Shown: piece by piece, positions 41,401-56,400 of the stretch
How the letters are laid out: every line of letters begins with the position of its first letter
How positions within the stretch are numbered: the stretch's first letter is position 1
DNA from: Phoronis australis
Lineage: Eukaryota > Animalia > Phoronida
Assembly (NCBI GenBank): GCA_002633005.1
Contig: NMRA01000018.1
Span: 304,291-368,290 of the forward strand
Direction of reading: 5' to 3'
DNA length: 64,000 nucleotides
The notes under the pieces: generated by a model
Seen by the model: the letters and a program-made list of their open reading frames with translations, nothing else
Told to the model about the DNA's origin: nothing
The model's database searches: none
Translations under genes and position numbers: made by a program

Positions 41401-44400
41401 CACAAACTTTGAAATGAATTTCGGGGAATTATTGTCCGTTTTTGATACTAGCAATGGCGAGTTCATGGTGACTTAGGACTTTTCCCATGTTCCTAAACAT
41501 AATCTGAGGTCACAATGGCGACTTGCATGTCGCCAAATCGAGCACTGAACTAGGACCCAGCTGCACATGCGCCACCTAGTGGTTTTTTGAGTTCCACATT
41601 CACAGAAGTTTATACACCATAACTTGATGCACTCAACATTTTGTGCACTCGTAGGACTTCATGAACAAGTAAATACTAAAAAGTAGCCAACTCAAAACGA
41701 CTGTCACTCATTACTACAAGACACCTTCAATGAAAACCGTCGGCATGGATTAAGATACAACACAAAAGTTTTCAGCTTTCTTTTTTATCAAACTGAGAGT
41801 TATGAAAACTTATGCAATAGGTGGCACTTACCTCCAGGTCTTGAACAGCATGGGCGAACTCATCGACAAACACGCCACGCTGGTCACCAAGCACGAGGCG
41901 AGAGAGAAGACCAAACGGCATGTCACACTGGTCAAGTGGTACGTAGTTTATGCAAGCCGAGATCACGTGACGCAGGACATGGTGCTTGGAATAGGCACTA
42001 GCAGGGGAAGGGGAGACAAATCTGATTAGGCTGATTACACCAGCAGCATTGTCAGATTAATGTTTTTTTTTTTCGAAAGGCAGCCATGTGCAAAACACTG
42101 CTGGATATACCACAAGGCATTTTAGGAAGATTGGAACTGTAAGTGGGTAGGCAAAATATGCGAAAGAACTGGATGGATTGATTAAATGTTAAAATTTTAA
42201 AATGTCATTTGCACTTTAATCTGAGTTCACTTATTGACAGAGGAAACGCCTGTCCCACATATTATTTCAGTCAGCATGGCTATCTAAAAAACGGTAAATA
42301 AAGCAGTCTACGTCTCAGTGTATTGACTTATTTGAGTCTTCCAAAATAGAGGCCAATTTACAAAATTATCATTTAAGTCAATCAAAATTTTGTGAAGTCA
42401 GCCCATCAATGTAATACTGCGTTCACATGGCATAAGAGCACATGGCAGATCTGCTACCAGATCAAACAGATGATCAACAACCTGCTCTCAATTTCCAAAT
42501 CAGAAACCGCCTCCTTACAATCATGGTGAGAAAGCTACATTCCCATGTTTTCATACCCCATACAGCCGTAATTTGTAATTTGCTGTAAGGCTGGGTTTCT
42601 TAGAGGTGATCATACAAGACAGAATTGTATCTGGAACATTTCTGATACGCAAAATATGGCAAATGCTTAAACTGGTCGTGAGATGATTATTAGAAGGATG
42701 CCTTTGGGCGCACAAATGCTCATTGCAACCACAAAAGTCTCACAAATTAATTTTAATACTTTGTGAGGTCACGGCTCAGGCTCAAATTGCACAAACACAT
42801 TCAAGAATTTCAAAAAAAGATCACAAATACTTCAAGAATGTTAGGGAATCAGCATGAAATGAGCTAGGAATATGCCAAATACATAAAATTACTTTAATTA
42901 GTTCTTACTTGCTTTGAGCATGCTTTATGAGTATCCGTGTGATTTGTGAGATTCAGAGCTAATTCCTGATCAAGAATACACATGAATGTGAAACAATCCA
43001 TTTCAAATCAATTACTATGCTTATGTATAAACCACAAACTTTATTATTAGTATACGATCACAATTTTCAATTCATGAACCAGTCCACAAATTTATTTGAA
43101 CAGCTCACAACATTTGCCACAAACTTCTGACCACTTGTGAATAAATTCAAAAAAAATCAATAACGAATTCTGTCAAAAAGTCTCTTAATCCAACTGTAAT
43201 TGAACCACAGGTAAGCAAAAAAATAATTGGTAAGGATTCATAGTCTCTGCAGGGAAAGACAAGACCAACTGGAGTGCAGTGAAATTGATTGATAAATTAA
43301 AATTTCCTCAGCATCTCCTCAAAGCAAACACAGAAGCAGCCAGGCACTCATGATGAACATTGCACAACAGAGTTATGTAATATGTTGCATAACACAGAAC
43401 AGTGTTATGTAATCAGTTGCACAACACAGGATAGAGTTCAACAGCTGTCTTGCAGCAAAAAAAATCTAGCCAAAATCACACAAACGTCGTGCTCTCATTA
43501 AAAACACACGACACTATGATGCGTAATCTGAATTTTTAGCAAGGTCCTAGTTATTGAACTCTACCCTGGATTCACGCTGGTGCCTTCCATGTGCCATTGG
43601 TTAGTTTGTATTCTCACTCCGCTAGCCATGGTTACTGAAGCCAGTGTTTGAACGTCATTGATGTTACACAATGCAGCAATGTGAAAGTATGAGATTGAAT
43701 CAAACAACCAAAGGCTGTAGTGAAATCATGAAGCAAACGTACTTATAAATTCCTTGAAGCAAGTCGTCGTCGACATCTACAGCAAAAGGAAAGCAGTAGA
43801 TCTGGGTAAGTTGAAGAACAAGGTCGGTGACGAATGCAGCTCCGCTGACATCACCATAGTTACTGGAAAACGAGAGTGTCAATTGGTTTGGCGTTACCTA
43901 TAGTCTGCACCTTTACATCACGGAAAACTGTTTTCACTTAAAGCTTAAAGTGGCTACAAACCCGCCTTTTGATTTAGATCACTTACAGTTACAAAATTGT
44001 TTTCAAATTATTCCTTAGTCAAATTGACCTATCGCCAGGATTTTGAGTGACAGCTTAACTGACCAATTTGAACGCAGCATTCTTGACACACCTGTTCGTT
44101 TCCAAGCTGCCAACATGTTACTGGAACTGGGTAAAGCTTATTGTCTGTTTGTCGACACTTTGCAAGGGAGCAGAGATTGCGATAGGTCAACTGGCGGTGA
44201 CGTTAATGCTAGCAAACGACTGACAGTTTGTCATTGCATGAGACCAGGCTCCACAAGTTGGTCGTTTTATGCAACAAACATGGTTTCAATGCATAACAAA
44301 CTGTTCATTCTTGGCAAACTTAGAAATAACATATCAAATGAGTAAGGAACAAGTCCAGACCAATTTTATAACAAGACGTGGTCTAAATCTGAAGTTCTCC

Positions 44401-47400
44401 TCTTGGAAAGAACGCCGATTTATTGTCACTTCAAACTAGTGTGAAAATTCAACTATTGTCCATCAAGTTACTGGATCCTAAATTGACAAGGCCATTCTAA
44501 CTAAAATCCCATTACTTAGAGAGAGACTTCAAACAAGTCAAAGAAGAGTGAAGTGTTTAAACTAGTGCCAGCAGTATATAGTGAAGCGGGCAAATCTCAC
44601 CCTTTGTGCATGATGTCCAAGAACTGTCCATTAACCATATGAGCCAGGGAGCTGTTTATCATACCGTCAACATTACCTAGACTGGGTATACACAGTAAGG
44701 TCTCCTGCAAAGTAATACTCAATACAATATTACTCTGTCGCTACTAAGAGTTATGATGTTGTTAGGTTCATAAAACAAGAGTTTTTAGAAATTTAATACA
44801 TCTTTTATTCACCTGAAGACATAGCCCTGACAAACCATAGTCTTCTTGGTTATATCCCAGTACTGACACTGTACTGACAGCGGCAATGCAAACTTCCGGT
44901 AATAAAAATAACATCGAAATAAACAATAACCTGTGCCTCCATTGATCCCCGACTGGTTTAATATTTTTATGCTTTACATTCTTGAAAGACAAAACAGATC
45001 CCACATGGCCAGTTTCCATAGGTAGTAACCCCATATCCGTTTGTGCAGCATCACCGCCATGGTCTGACGTGTCATACCACTCACATTTTCAGACAACCGA
45101 CAACACAAGGCATGCATTATGTTGTTCCAAGATTTCCATATTTGGTAATAGTATCAAGGGAATACCTGAAGCACACAAACATTCGAATACAGGAAGACAT
45201 CACAACTTCAAAATAAAAACTAACAAGAGCAACGCAGAGCGTTGAAAGGTGCCCCCAATTGCACTGTATACGGTATCCTTCTAGGGTTGTTTATTGGTAC
45301 CATAAAGTGGCCAGTAGAGGGCATATATGTAGTATGTTGTACTATGCAAAATGGAAAGGCATGGTCATCGTCTCCTCAATAGGCTAGGGGCAAAATGTGA
45401 GTGATCTTCATAATACAAGCACATCCTATACATCAGTTGCTTAAAGCACCACAGAAACATAGAATTAAAAACAAATTTAGCAACATACGAGATTAGCACA
45501 GCATTAGAACGCCAGAAACAAATTTCTACTTGGAACTTTTCCTTCATAGTCACTAAGTAACACAAAGTATACACCTGAAGACCTACGAAAATACAGAGGT
45601 CAATGTAAAATACTTAAATTGCCACTAGAGGCATACCGGTAGTCAGAATCATCCTAAAGTCGTCATCGTCCATTGTCAATATCACATAAATACACTTGCT
45701 AAATTTAGTAAAGATCCTGCAAACGGTTTGGGAGATACAGCCATGGGCGCAAAAAAAANAATAAGTTCGAGTTTAAACTCGAAATTTCGAGTTTTTACTC
45801 GAGTTTGTAGCACGAATATAAGGGTCTTCAAGGGCAAACTTGAACTAGAAACTCCTATGCATAAACTATAATGTATTCGAGCATAGTCTGATAACCAATT
45901 ATCTTAAGTTCGCACAAAAGGAGCAGAGAAATTGCCAAAAATAGTTTCGAGATTAGAGACCGGGCCCTGGATTCACACTGGTGCCTTCCTTGTGCCATTG
46001 GTTAGTTTGTATTCTCACTCCGCTAGCCATGGTTTCTGAAGCCAGTGTTTGAACATCACTGCTGTTACACAATGCAGCAATGTGAAAGTATGAGATTGAA
46101 TCTAACAACCAAAGGCTGTAGTGAAATCATGAAGCAAACGTACTTATAAATTCCTTGCAGCAAGTCGTCGTCGACATCTACAGCAAAAGGAAAGCAGTAG
46201 ATCTGGGTAAGTTGAAGAACAAGGTCGGTGACGAATGCAGCTCCGCTGACATCACCATAGTTACTGGAAAACGAGAGTGTCAATAGGTTTGGCGTTACCT
46301 ATAGTCTGCACCTTTTATCAAGGAAAACTGTTTTCACTTAAATCTTAAAGTGGCTACAAACCCGCCTTTTGATTTAGATCACTTACAGTTACAAAATTGT
46401 TTTCAAATTATTCCTCAGTCAAATTGACCTATCGCCAGGATTTTGAGTGACGGCTTAACTGACCAATTAGAACGCAGCATTCTTGACACACCTTCGTTTC
46501 CAAGCTGCCATTATACCCGACAAACAACACGTTACTGGAACTGGGTAAAACTTATTGTTTGTTAGTCGACATTTTGCAAGGGAGCGTAGCTTGCGATAGG
46601 TCAATTGGCAATGACGTCAATGCTAGCAAACGACTGACAGCTTGTCATTGCATGAGACCAGGCTCCACAAGTTGGTTGTTTTACGCAACAAACATGGTCT
46701 CAATGAATAACGAACTGTCCATTCTTGGCAAACTTAGAAATAACATATCAACTGAGTAAGGAACAAGTCCAGACCAATTTTATAGCAAAACGTGGTCTAA
46801 ATCTGAAGCTCTCCTCATGGAAAGAACGCCGATTTATAGTCGCTTCAAACTAGTGTGAAAATTCAACTATTGTCCATCAAGTTACTGGATCCTAAATTGA
46901 CAAGGCCATTCTAACTAAAATTCCATTACTTAGAGAGAGACTTCAAACAAGTCAAAGAAGAGTGCAGTGTTTAAGCTAGTGCCAGCTGTATTTAATGAAG
47001 TGGGCAAATCTCACCCTTTGTGCATGATGTCCAAGAACTGTCCATTAACCATATGAGCCAGGGAGCTGTTTATCATACCGTCAACATTACCTAGACTGGG
47101 TATACACAGTAAGGTCTCCTGCAAAGTAATACTAAATACAATATTACTCTGTCGCTACTAAGAGTTATGATGTCGTTAAGTTCATAAAACAAGAGTTTTT
47201 AGAAATTTAATACATCTTTTATTCAGCTGAAGACATAGCCCTGACAAACCAGAGTCTTCTTGGTTATATCCTAGTACTGACACTGTACTGACAGCGACAA
47301 TGCAAACTTCCGGTAATAAAAATAACATCGAAATAAACAATAACCTGTGCCTCCATTGATCCCCGACTAGTTTAATATTTTTATGCTTTACATTCTTGAA

Positions 47401-50400
47401 AGACAAAACAGATCCCACATGGCCAGTTTCCACGGGTAGTAACCCCACATCCGTTTGTGCAGCATCACCGCCATGGTCTTACGTGTCATACCAATCACAT
47501 TTTCAGACAACCGACAACACCAGTCATGCATATGTTGTTCCAAGGTTTCCATATTTGGTGATAGTATCAAGGGAATACCTGAAGCCCACAAACATTCAAA
47601 TACAAGACATCACAACTTGAAAATAAAAACTAAAAACCAAAATGTAAAACAAAAGAGGACAAAGATATAGAATTTTACTCATCAACTCAATATGCAGAGA
47701 TAAAACAAATTACAAATCTTACGTGAGTGAAGACTGATATCACCAGCTGTAACACTCCTACAAGGCCTTGAGGGGATAGCAATGTCCAATCAGGCGGCTC
47801 TATGACAGATTTGTGCTCGGCTGCTTCCATATCCTCTACAGACATGTGGTGGACATTAAGGACTTGAGTCAGCCGGTGCCAGAGACAGGTCCAAATGGTG
47901 CTCTCCACATACATACGCGCCATTGGAATGTGACCCTGCAATACAATGGGCAATCAATTTACCACAGGAAAAAATTGAATCAACAAAAAAAAAACTTGGT
48001 GAAATGTTTTTCAATACCATGGAAAACAAGAGAATCTATCAAACAGTAAGGAAATTAAGTTGGACCGAGGTCCTACATTACCCGAGGGAGAAGTTAAAAT
48101 TTGATGCAACAATAATGAGGGCCAAAAATGTGTTCTGGCAATACCATGGGATTCAGGAAGAAAATTTTTGACCCAACACAGTGAAATGGGAGAGCAAGTT
48201 GTAACGAGTCCCAGCAATACAAACGGGTAAAGATAATGTAGCATTATGAGCCTATCATACACTGAGAAAGGAAAAGTTGACATACTTATTATGTACAATA
48301 TATAACAATCAAATCCACATCAAAGTGCATTGTTCAACTTTACCTTAAATTGATATGATACATTAGGCAAATACATGAATTTGAAAAACTAATGCCATGC
48401 AGACAACTGTGGCCATTTCTCTGCTTTCATCCACATCTCAGTTTTCTATAGAGGACAGCATCACCCTGAACGCGGACTTCCTCTCTGGGCTTTTTTGGCT
48501 CATTTACAAATCAACCTGAGTGACTTAACTGAAACATCGTTTCCACCCATTTCTGTTTTTCCATTTGTGCATCAGTCTTTATGCAAAAAACACCCAGAAT
48601 TCAAAGGACCCACTAAGATACAATTAATTTATAACTTGTGCTTGCTTTAAATGAGAGTCCACCAGCACACAGACTAAAAACACGACTCAAAAACAACAAC
48701 ACGACTGAATCTGCTAATTGGTATGGCCTGAGAAGAGTCCTTTGAGGATGAAATTACGTAACCTATCTAGTGGTGACGCATGTTTCAGGCTCCGTCAAAT
48801 CTCTGACATTAGGCCTTATGATATGGTGTATTCATAATGCACATTAAAACCCACCAACTTCACGTACCCCAGATATCTGCAACATCTGACACATGAGCAA
48901 TATAAGGCCATCCAGGACTCCGTAGTCAAAGGGGCAGCGGACACACATTTGGGTTAGGTCAGTGAATACTGAGAGGGTGGCGGCGATCATGTCCTCGGGG
49001 GACACCTCCACAGTCACGCCCCCATACACCATCTGACTGAAGAGAAGGGCTGCTGCGGCCTACACAAGAGAAACAACTGTATTAATTTGGTAACCTTACA
49101 AACATCATATCTCAAAAATGGCAGATTGGATTCATACAAAACTTATCGATACTATGATTTATGCACTTTTCTCCATAACGCTGCTAGGTACTGTTTTCAA
49201 ATATTCCATTTTTGCACGAGAGGCTATCGAAGTAGGATTTTTTTATTTTTATGAAAAAAATCTAAAGTTGCATAAAACAAAAATGAACGGACAATTTAGG
49301 AACAACAATAACAGCTATTTTGGGCTTTAAGGGAGTAACTAGTGCGTATATTGACTGAGAATACTGAGGAAGGTTGTAAATCATGGAAGTCGTTCACACA
49401 CAATAGGCTGTTCAAAATTTACGTGCAAGTTCAGCGAAAGCAGTTCTTTGTAAACCCTGCTCGTAGTCATACAACTGTCCCAGTTGGACTGGGTAACTAC
49501 ACACAGCTTAATGAAGGCTTTATGGTCCTGGCTGAGAAGATAATTGTTTGATTACCAACTATGTGGATCCATGAACAGATGAGCCCGGAATGGCATCTTG
49601 GAGATTTTACCTTTGACATAAATACATCACACCGTTGTTTTACCACGAATGTACCTTTCTTTGTTTTAAAAAAAATTCCAACAAAAGCAAGGTCATGCGA
49701 CCCAATTAGTGGCAGATTGGTATAAAGTCAAAGATAAAATCCTGAATTTATACTTTCAGAAAACACACACTTTTACTGAAGATTTAAATTCTCTAGCTTC
49801 GTAGGTATTTGGCTAAACGCACATATTTGAAGACAAGATTCTACATAAGAAATTTACAGAGCTCGTTTCTACTTCATAAATTTGTACAAAAAGTGCTATC
49901 AACTAGCCTTCAGTCAAAACTAACGTTTAATAGGTCACTTATAATGACAGGACTAGTCTAAACTTTTCCCTTACTCAACTTTGAAGTGATTTATGGACTG
50001 AGAAAGAACTTTATTGTTTGCGGCACAGATGAGTAACTCAACTTGACCTAGTTAAAATAATGATCTGTCAGTTCTTCTCAAGTCCAACCAATTCTAATCT
50101 GAGTTAAAGGACCAGCGTATGTAACACAATTTTTGTCAGGAGGTTTCACGATTTGTTATCGGCAGCAAATTATCGTGTAGTTGAACCAGCACACAAAACA
50201 ATTTTTTTTTGTCATGAACCAGCGTGCATTATACGAATCCTATAAAATCGGCAGCATTAGCGATGAATACTTGTGTTGTGCGCTGGCCTTAAGGAACAAA
50301 CCGGGACCAGTAAAACAGCGGTGAGTTGGCGAAACACACATTACTTTTGCTAGAAAAATTTAAATTACTGAGTGAATGCAAGTCATGCAATTTAACATCT

Positions 50401-53400
50401 GATAAATTTTGGTTGGGACAAATTGCCCTTCTAACTGAAGTGCAAAAAGCATGACATTTGACCCATCAAGAGACAAAACAACACATGTTAGTCAGTCATC
50501 GCATACCAGTCACGGCAACATGATCGACTAGGTTATTTGCAAGAACAAACCAACAAAGTGACTGTAAAAAACCCATCAGGGTACGTCGGAGAGAGTGACA
50601 ACAAAATGTACACAATTACCGTGTGACTTGCTATCTGTGACTCCATGAAGATGGTTACTAGGAACACTGTTGATTCTATCACACTGAAAGCACGAAAACA
50701 GCTATGTTGCAGTGAATTGTATCTTTTGATCTCACTTATTTTCCAGAAGCTCATTTTGCAACTGTTAGGGCAACTTTCGATTATAACATAATCAACAAGA
50801 TTAAAAATTTGATTCGAGTCTTAACACAGAAACTGATTTGGAAAGTGACATTTTTTAGTCCATGCATGCTCTTGAAACTCTTTATAACTTTATGGATCAA
50901 GATGATACCTTAATACACATGACAGTAGACTTGCGAAGTCTATAAGGCAAAGCCGCTTTCCTGATCAGAAGCATTCTCAAAGACAGTGGAGTCAAAAGTT
51001 TAAGTACTACCTAGATTACGATGATTCTTCACCTATTTCAAAAAAATAATTGCCAAAATTGTTTTTCTATTTTAAAAAAGCCGATTATTTTAATGTAAGT
51101 TTATAAACTCTGCTAACTGTTGTTTTATTACATCTCCACACTACAAACTAAGCTAAAAACAGACAAATATTTTCTTAATTTTATTTTTGTTCAGAAATTT
51201 GACAAAATAAAACTTTCGCTTGTCTGCCATATTGTGGTGAAGAATTTGTACTGTCTTGAACATGTGGATAACTACGGACAGTTCCTTAGACACCGTCACT
51301 GACTTACACGATGGGCACCTGCTGTAATTGTATGACAATAACGCACAGAGTGTTGAGAATTGTCTCCAGGATTGTGTTCACCTCCATATCAATAAGGTCG
51401 ACCTGAAGGTAAGACAGCACACTTAGAACCGATAACTAGCAGCATGGATAATGAAATGCAATCTTCTCAGAGACAGTTGACTAAAAAAACATTGAAGTAT
51501 CCCCATTAAACCTAAATTGACAAAATTTCACTTTCACAGAGATTGAACAAATTTCTTCACTCTTTAAGAAGAAAACAAACTTCAAGTCAGACCTTGAGCA
51601 TAGGACAAAAAACAACCAACAACTTTCTTACAGAAATTACAAGATGTCATTTCGTGTGATAGAAAAGTGACATTCTGGGACTCAATTGACACCACGTATG
51701 TTGGGAAATTAGTTAATTGGTGAGTCGTGCCTGTACAATCAAACGGATCAGTAACAATTTACTGTTGTTGGCATTAGACAACACATAACAACATACACAA
51801 CTACTCTGAAACAAATAAAACCAGGCACAATGCAAGCAACACATCGAGGCAATACTTCTAAGTTGCCCTACCAGCACAAAAGGCTTTCACTGTCAGAAGT
51901 GAAAACTGATGCTGTAACAAGATCACATCAGTGATTTGGGAAAATTCTATTCCTGCCGTAACCTCCCAAAATAACAAATTCGTCACAAGGCTCTGCCCAG
52001 ATAAAGTACATTTTCCCTTACACACTGTGTACAGAACAATAAGTGTTACCATTCCATGCATGACACCAATGAAGGTCTCCATGTGTGTGTCATTGTGGCC
52101 GAGGTATTGACAGAAAGCAGGCGAAACCTGGGACACCGCATAGACAACCTGAAACAACACACACAACAAACATGAGGCTAGTTTGGTCTGGGACATGGCA
52201 TGGACGACACATTGTTGTCTCAAATCTTTTGCAAAAGGTTCTATCCATAACTCCATAATAACTTGTCAACCATTACTAACAACTTTCTGATTAGTGTTTC
52301 ACAAGAAATCTTTACACATTCATTAGTTTATGTTATATATTTGTTTTGATTAATTTTTTGCTTTAAAAGATAAGACCTTGAGTCCACCATTTCCAACTGC
52401 TTCATACTAACTCTTTTTTACAAACTTTTTTATTTAATTTATTTTTAGTGTTATAGTCACCAAATTGTAATTGAATTGAGATTTTCCATTTTTTCCGTTA
52501 CATTTTTTTCTGGTGGCTCCGTGGTAAGCACACACTTAAAGGTCCTTCGCGTAGTCTCCATAAGCTGTATGTGATTTTAAACTGTATTTTGTTAATGAGT
52601 TTCAAGAATAAAATGTGTCAATACTACTATAAGACAACCCTGCGGCTAGTCTCGCCTTTGTAAAAGAATGGTGTTTCTTAGAGAACCGGCAATTATTGCT
52701 CGACCAAAACAGTGACAAACAGAAAATAATGACCTTCACTAATTGTAACTCCAAGGTCACAATTGTTTGACAGACTTTCCTAGTTCTGTATACCAAGTTT
52801 GCACTGGAAGTCTACTGTCAGTCTACTGCAGCAAACACGATCGTCTTAATACAAGTTTTACGGCACTCTATAGAAAAAAGTTCATAAGCCACCAACCTTC
52901 AGCACATGCCCACAGGTGGCAGGATGTCTCATGTAGAGCAGGAACTCCTCAGTGTGTGGCCTTAATCTCTCCTCACACAGCACGTCACCTAGTACAACAG
53001 CCACCTGCGAGAAAGGTAGAAAAGCTTGGAGAACAGAATTATTTTACAGTGTTAATTACCACATGGTCAGTTAATACTTAATGCCAAAAGAAATAATCTA
53101 TCTTTAATTTACTTACTGTAAGACTCAATACCAGGATATTGTAACGTAACAAAGACAAATCATTTATTGGTTTTCATTTCAGACAGACAACTGTGAATTT
53201 GACAGTTGTCTGGAGATGTCTGAAAGCTGGTGCTCCGAGTGATTGGATTAATTTAAGACTACAAAATTCTTGCACAGGGCTCGGTGCTTAACATAATGTG
53301 AACTCGCCAAATGCGACCTGGCAATATTTCCAGGCCACCAAACAACAACTGAAATCGCCAAATAAAGAAACCCAGAATGGGAGGTTACAAAAGTCCTGGT

Positions 53401-56400
53401 TAATACAACACGTAGATGGCAACAGCCGAAAATAAAATAAATTAATAACTAGCAACCTGAATAGAAGAACAATCGAACTCGGCAAATGTCTGCCGAGATC
53501 GCCTTGACACCATAGTTTTTTTAGTCGAACAAAAAGTTGTTGCTTTTAGTCGAATGGAAAATTTTGAAGTGTTTCGTGTGCTCAGTAAAAACCAATTTCC
53601 ACTTCAGGCCCAAGATACTGTGCAAGCTCATCTCCTCAGCCAAAATCATATGGTCAGCATGCTACATGAGCATGACTCATAATGTGGCCCTTCCAATTTT
53701 TGACAAACGATTCCAAATTCCATTTGTTTACGTCATGTAGTATTTTAATTGCAAGCTCACATGTGTATATGGTGACTTCGTAGCAACTTGGTATTTTTAA
53801 GTGGTTGCCAAATCACGCCCTCTAGCCAATGTGACTTTAATAATTAAAAGTATCTGTTGTTTTTACAATATAAAGACCTCCAAAGGCAACTCAAAGATCA
53901 ATTCAAGCAACCAAACACTTTGATTAAGAATTTGTTTGGGATCTTGTTACATGAAATATTCGTTACTGTGGGCTAAATAAGATATTTTGATTTCAAGAAA
54001 CAATTGCATGATAATTAACTCACTTTTATCAAAAAATATTGCAGAAACTGAGTTCAGATTGTAAAAACTCACGGTACACTGATATACCCTGAAGATAAGG
54101 TTCCAATAAGTGTGATTAAAGTAGCTTATCATAGCATGCTGGGTTGAGCTTGAGTCGAGACAATACGACAAGATAAAGTGTTAGGCCGACATACAACTTA
54201 CCTTTCGTTTACCTTGTACCCCAGACACCTGACCCAACGGCAAGTGAGAGAGAGCGGCGAGCGCGCCTATAGCCAGGTGTAGGACGTCCTCTAGACGAGC
54301 GCAGGCTGCCTCTTGGTTACCATCACACACGTCTATAGTAGTGCACAGAACACAATTCATCAAAGGATAGTTTAACCTGCTATCAACCCTCCTTCTAACC
54401 TTGATTTAGACCACTTAGAATTATAAAATCAAGCTCTCGTTTATCAGAGGTTGTACGCTCGGTCGTCCCTAAGACTGTCAACTTCACCTTTTTGCGAATG
54501 TGCCACTGTGTCTGCTTACAAGAGTAAAGCATAGGTGCCATTTTTAGACTAAACGAATGCTTTGAAGAGCCACCTAGATCAATATTAATACAATGGGCTT
54601 TTGGTGTCTACTCGTTTCTTACTTAGATTAGATCACGTCATTTTTAGATTTGGGAAGAATTAACATAACTGCATCTGACCAGGCTGAATAAGTTGGCTTG
54701 ATATGGCAGGTCACCTTACACATCAAAAACAGTCTCACTAATGGCAGGTCATGTTATACATCAAGAACAGTCTAACCAATGGCAGGTCACCTTACACATC
54801 AAAAACAGTCTCACTAATGGCAGGTCACGTTATACATCAAGAACAGTCTAACGAATGGCAGGTCACCTTAAATATGAAGAACAGTCATACCAATGGCAGG
54901 TCACCTTATACATCAAAAAACAGTCTAACCAATGGCCGACTGTCATTTCTTCCCAAGTCTATTCCAAGCAAGTTATGAACAGTTTTAGCAGCCTAAACCA
55001 AAAATTAGACATTCGACAGAAGATGGGATTATAGCGCCTTCAATAAATGCTCCAATACATTAATTTCTCTCTATTCGTCCCTTGTCACAGCTACCTACTA
55101 TGTCTAGACCAATGAGTACATACCTGAATTTCTGCACACTAATTTTATGTTTCACACAGAAGCACATGCAGCCTCAGAGGTATTAAAACTAGATGCCATA
55201 GGTTTTTGTAGAGGGTAACACAATTATCACATGATTAGTTAAGGAATTGCACATGCTTGTTTTTCGTCAGTCACTAAAATGATAACAAGTTTATCTTTTC
55301 GCAGGAAACTTTTAATCATTAGAGGCACATTTTCTTTTTTAAAGTTGAAATGAGTTTAAAAACAATATTCAAGAAATGTCATAAATACATCATCCATTCA
55401 TTTGAAAGAAAACAAGATTACCTATCACACTTTGAGAGTAAATATTGTTTGAAAACAAAAATGACCCACTTACAGCAAATCTAGGGTAATTCTCCACTTA
55501 TTCTGCACAAAAATAATTGTTAAAATTGTTATTTTTTCCATTTTCAAAGGGGGATTACTTTAATGTACAAAATGGGAAATTTACCAAAAGACGTTTTTTG
55601 ACATTTACACAACAAAGATCATGCTAGTGATATACTAAAAATTTTTCAATCTTTTATTTTTGTGGAAAAATTGATAAGAAAGAATTTCACTTGTCGGCCA
55701 CATTGTTTGCTAAATAAGTGAAGAATCAGCGTGCTCTTTACCAAATTCAGTTTAATATCATTCGCAACTAAAATTCAAAATGGACCAGTCCCAAATTACG
55801 TTCACCAAACCAGACCCATCAGTTCCACAGTGGCAACAGAAATCTGGATGATTCAGGTATCTGTTGCAGGAGTGGACCCACTTGATTCGTGCAAAAAGAA
55901 TTTCATTGATACACAGCTCGAGCCAACGGACCCATTAAAATTGGGAGCAAAAAAGGACAAAAACTAGCATGGCCCAGAGGTCCTCTAAGTTGTTTACGAA
56001 AGACGTGAGGCCATGTGGGTCAATTCACCCATATCAACAATGTGGGTCAATTCACCCATATCAACAATTTTTCTAAAATGATTCCTGCACACAATATTAT
56101 GTAAGTCACAATCTACAAGATCTGGCAATACAATAGCATCTAAAGAGCACCTTCTAGCTTAATCAAAGCTCCCTCATCCATTATTGTGAGTGACAGCAGT
56201 GTTTCCATGGTAACAGGATGCTTCTTAGCCACTCCCTCAAAGAATTGCTCTGCCAGCGCCTCCTGGTGAATGTTTTGTTCCAACTGCTCACATATGAAGA
56301 CTAAACACTAAAATACAAGAACAAAATGAAATAGCCAAGAGTAACTTCATAACTCAACACAGTGAGGCGTGTCCACAATGCCAAAATACATTTCCCATAT

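Larger units (their letters stand above)
43564..47633. repeat. ~1.66-kb duplication (43564-45223 and 45965-47633) containing two STK36 exons, with a single N at 45759
   Basis: Colinear copies with intronic SNPs and indels and protein-identical exons. Confidence 0.92.

Noticed and set aside
44768-45245. Duplicated 87-88 aa ORFs
   Set aside because: Intronic, with no motifs, and the copies differ by frameshifting indels and non-synonymous changes, unlike the true exons in the same block.
52510-52560. A-box-like tggtggctccgtggtaagc suggesting a tRNA or SINE head
   Set aside because: No B-box or cloverleaf follows; too degenerate to call.
54703-54935. Regular 38-bp repeats resembling a CRISPR array
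   Set aside because: Head-to-tail units with no unique spacers, no cas genes, and a eukaryotic intron context; an ordinary minisatellite. The same applies to 8640-8911 and 36083-36204.
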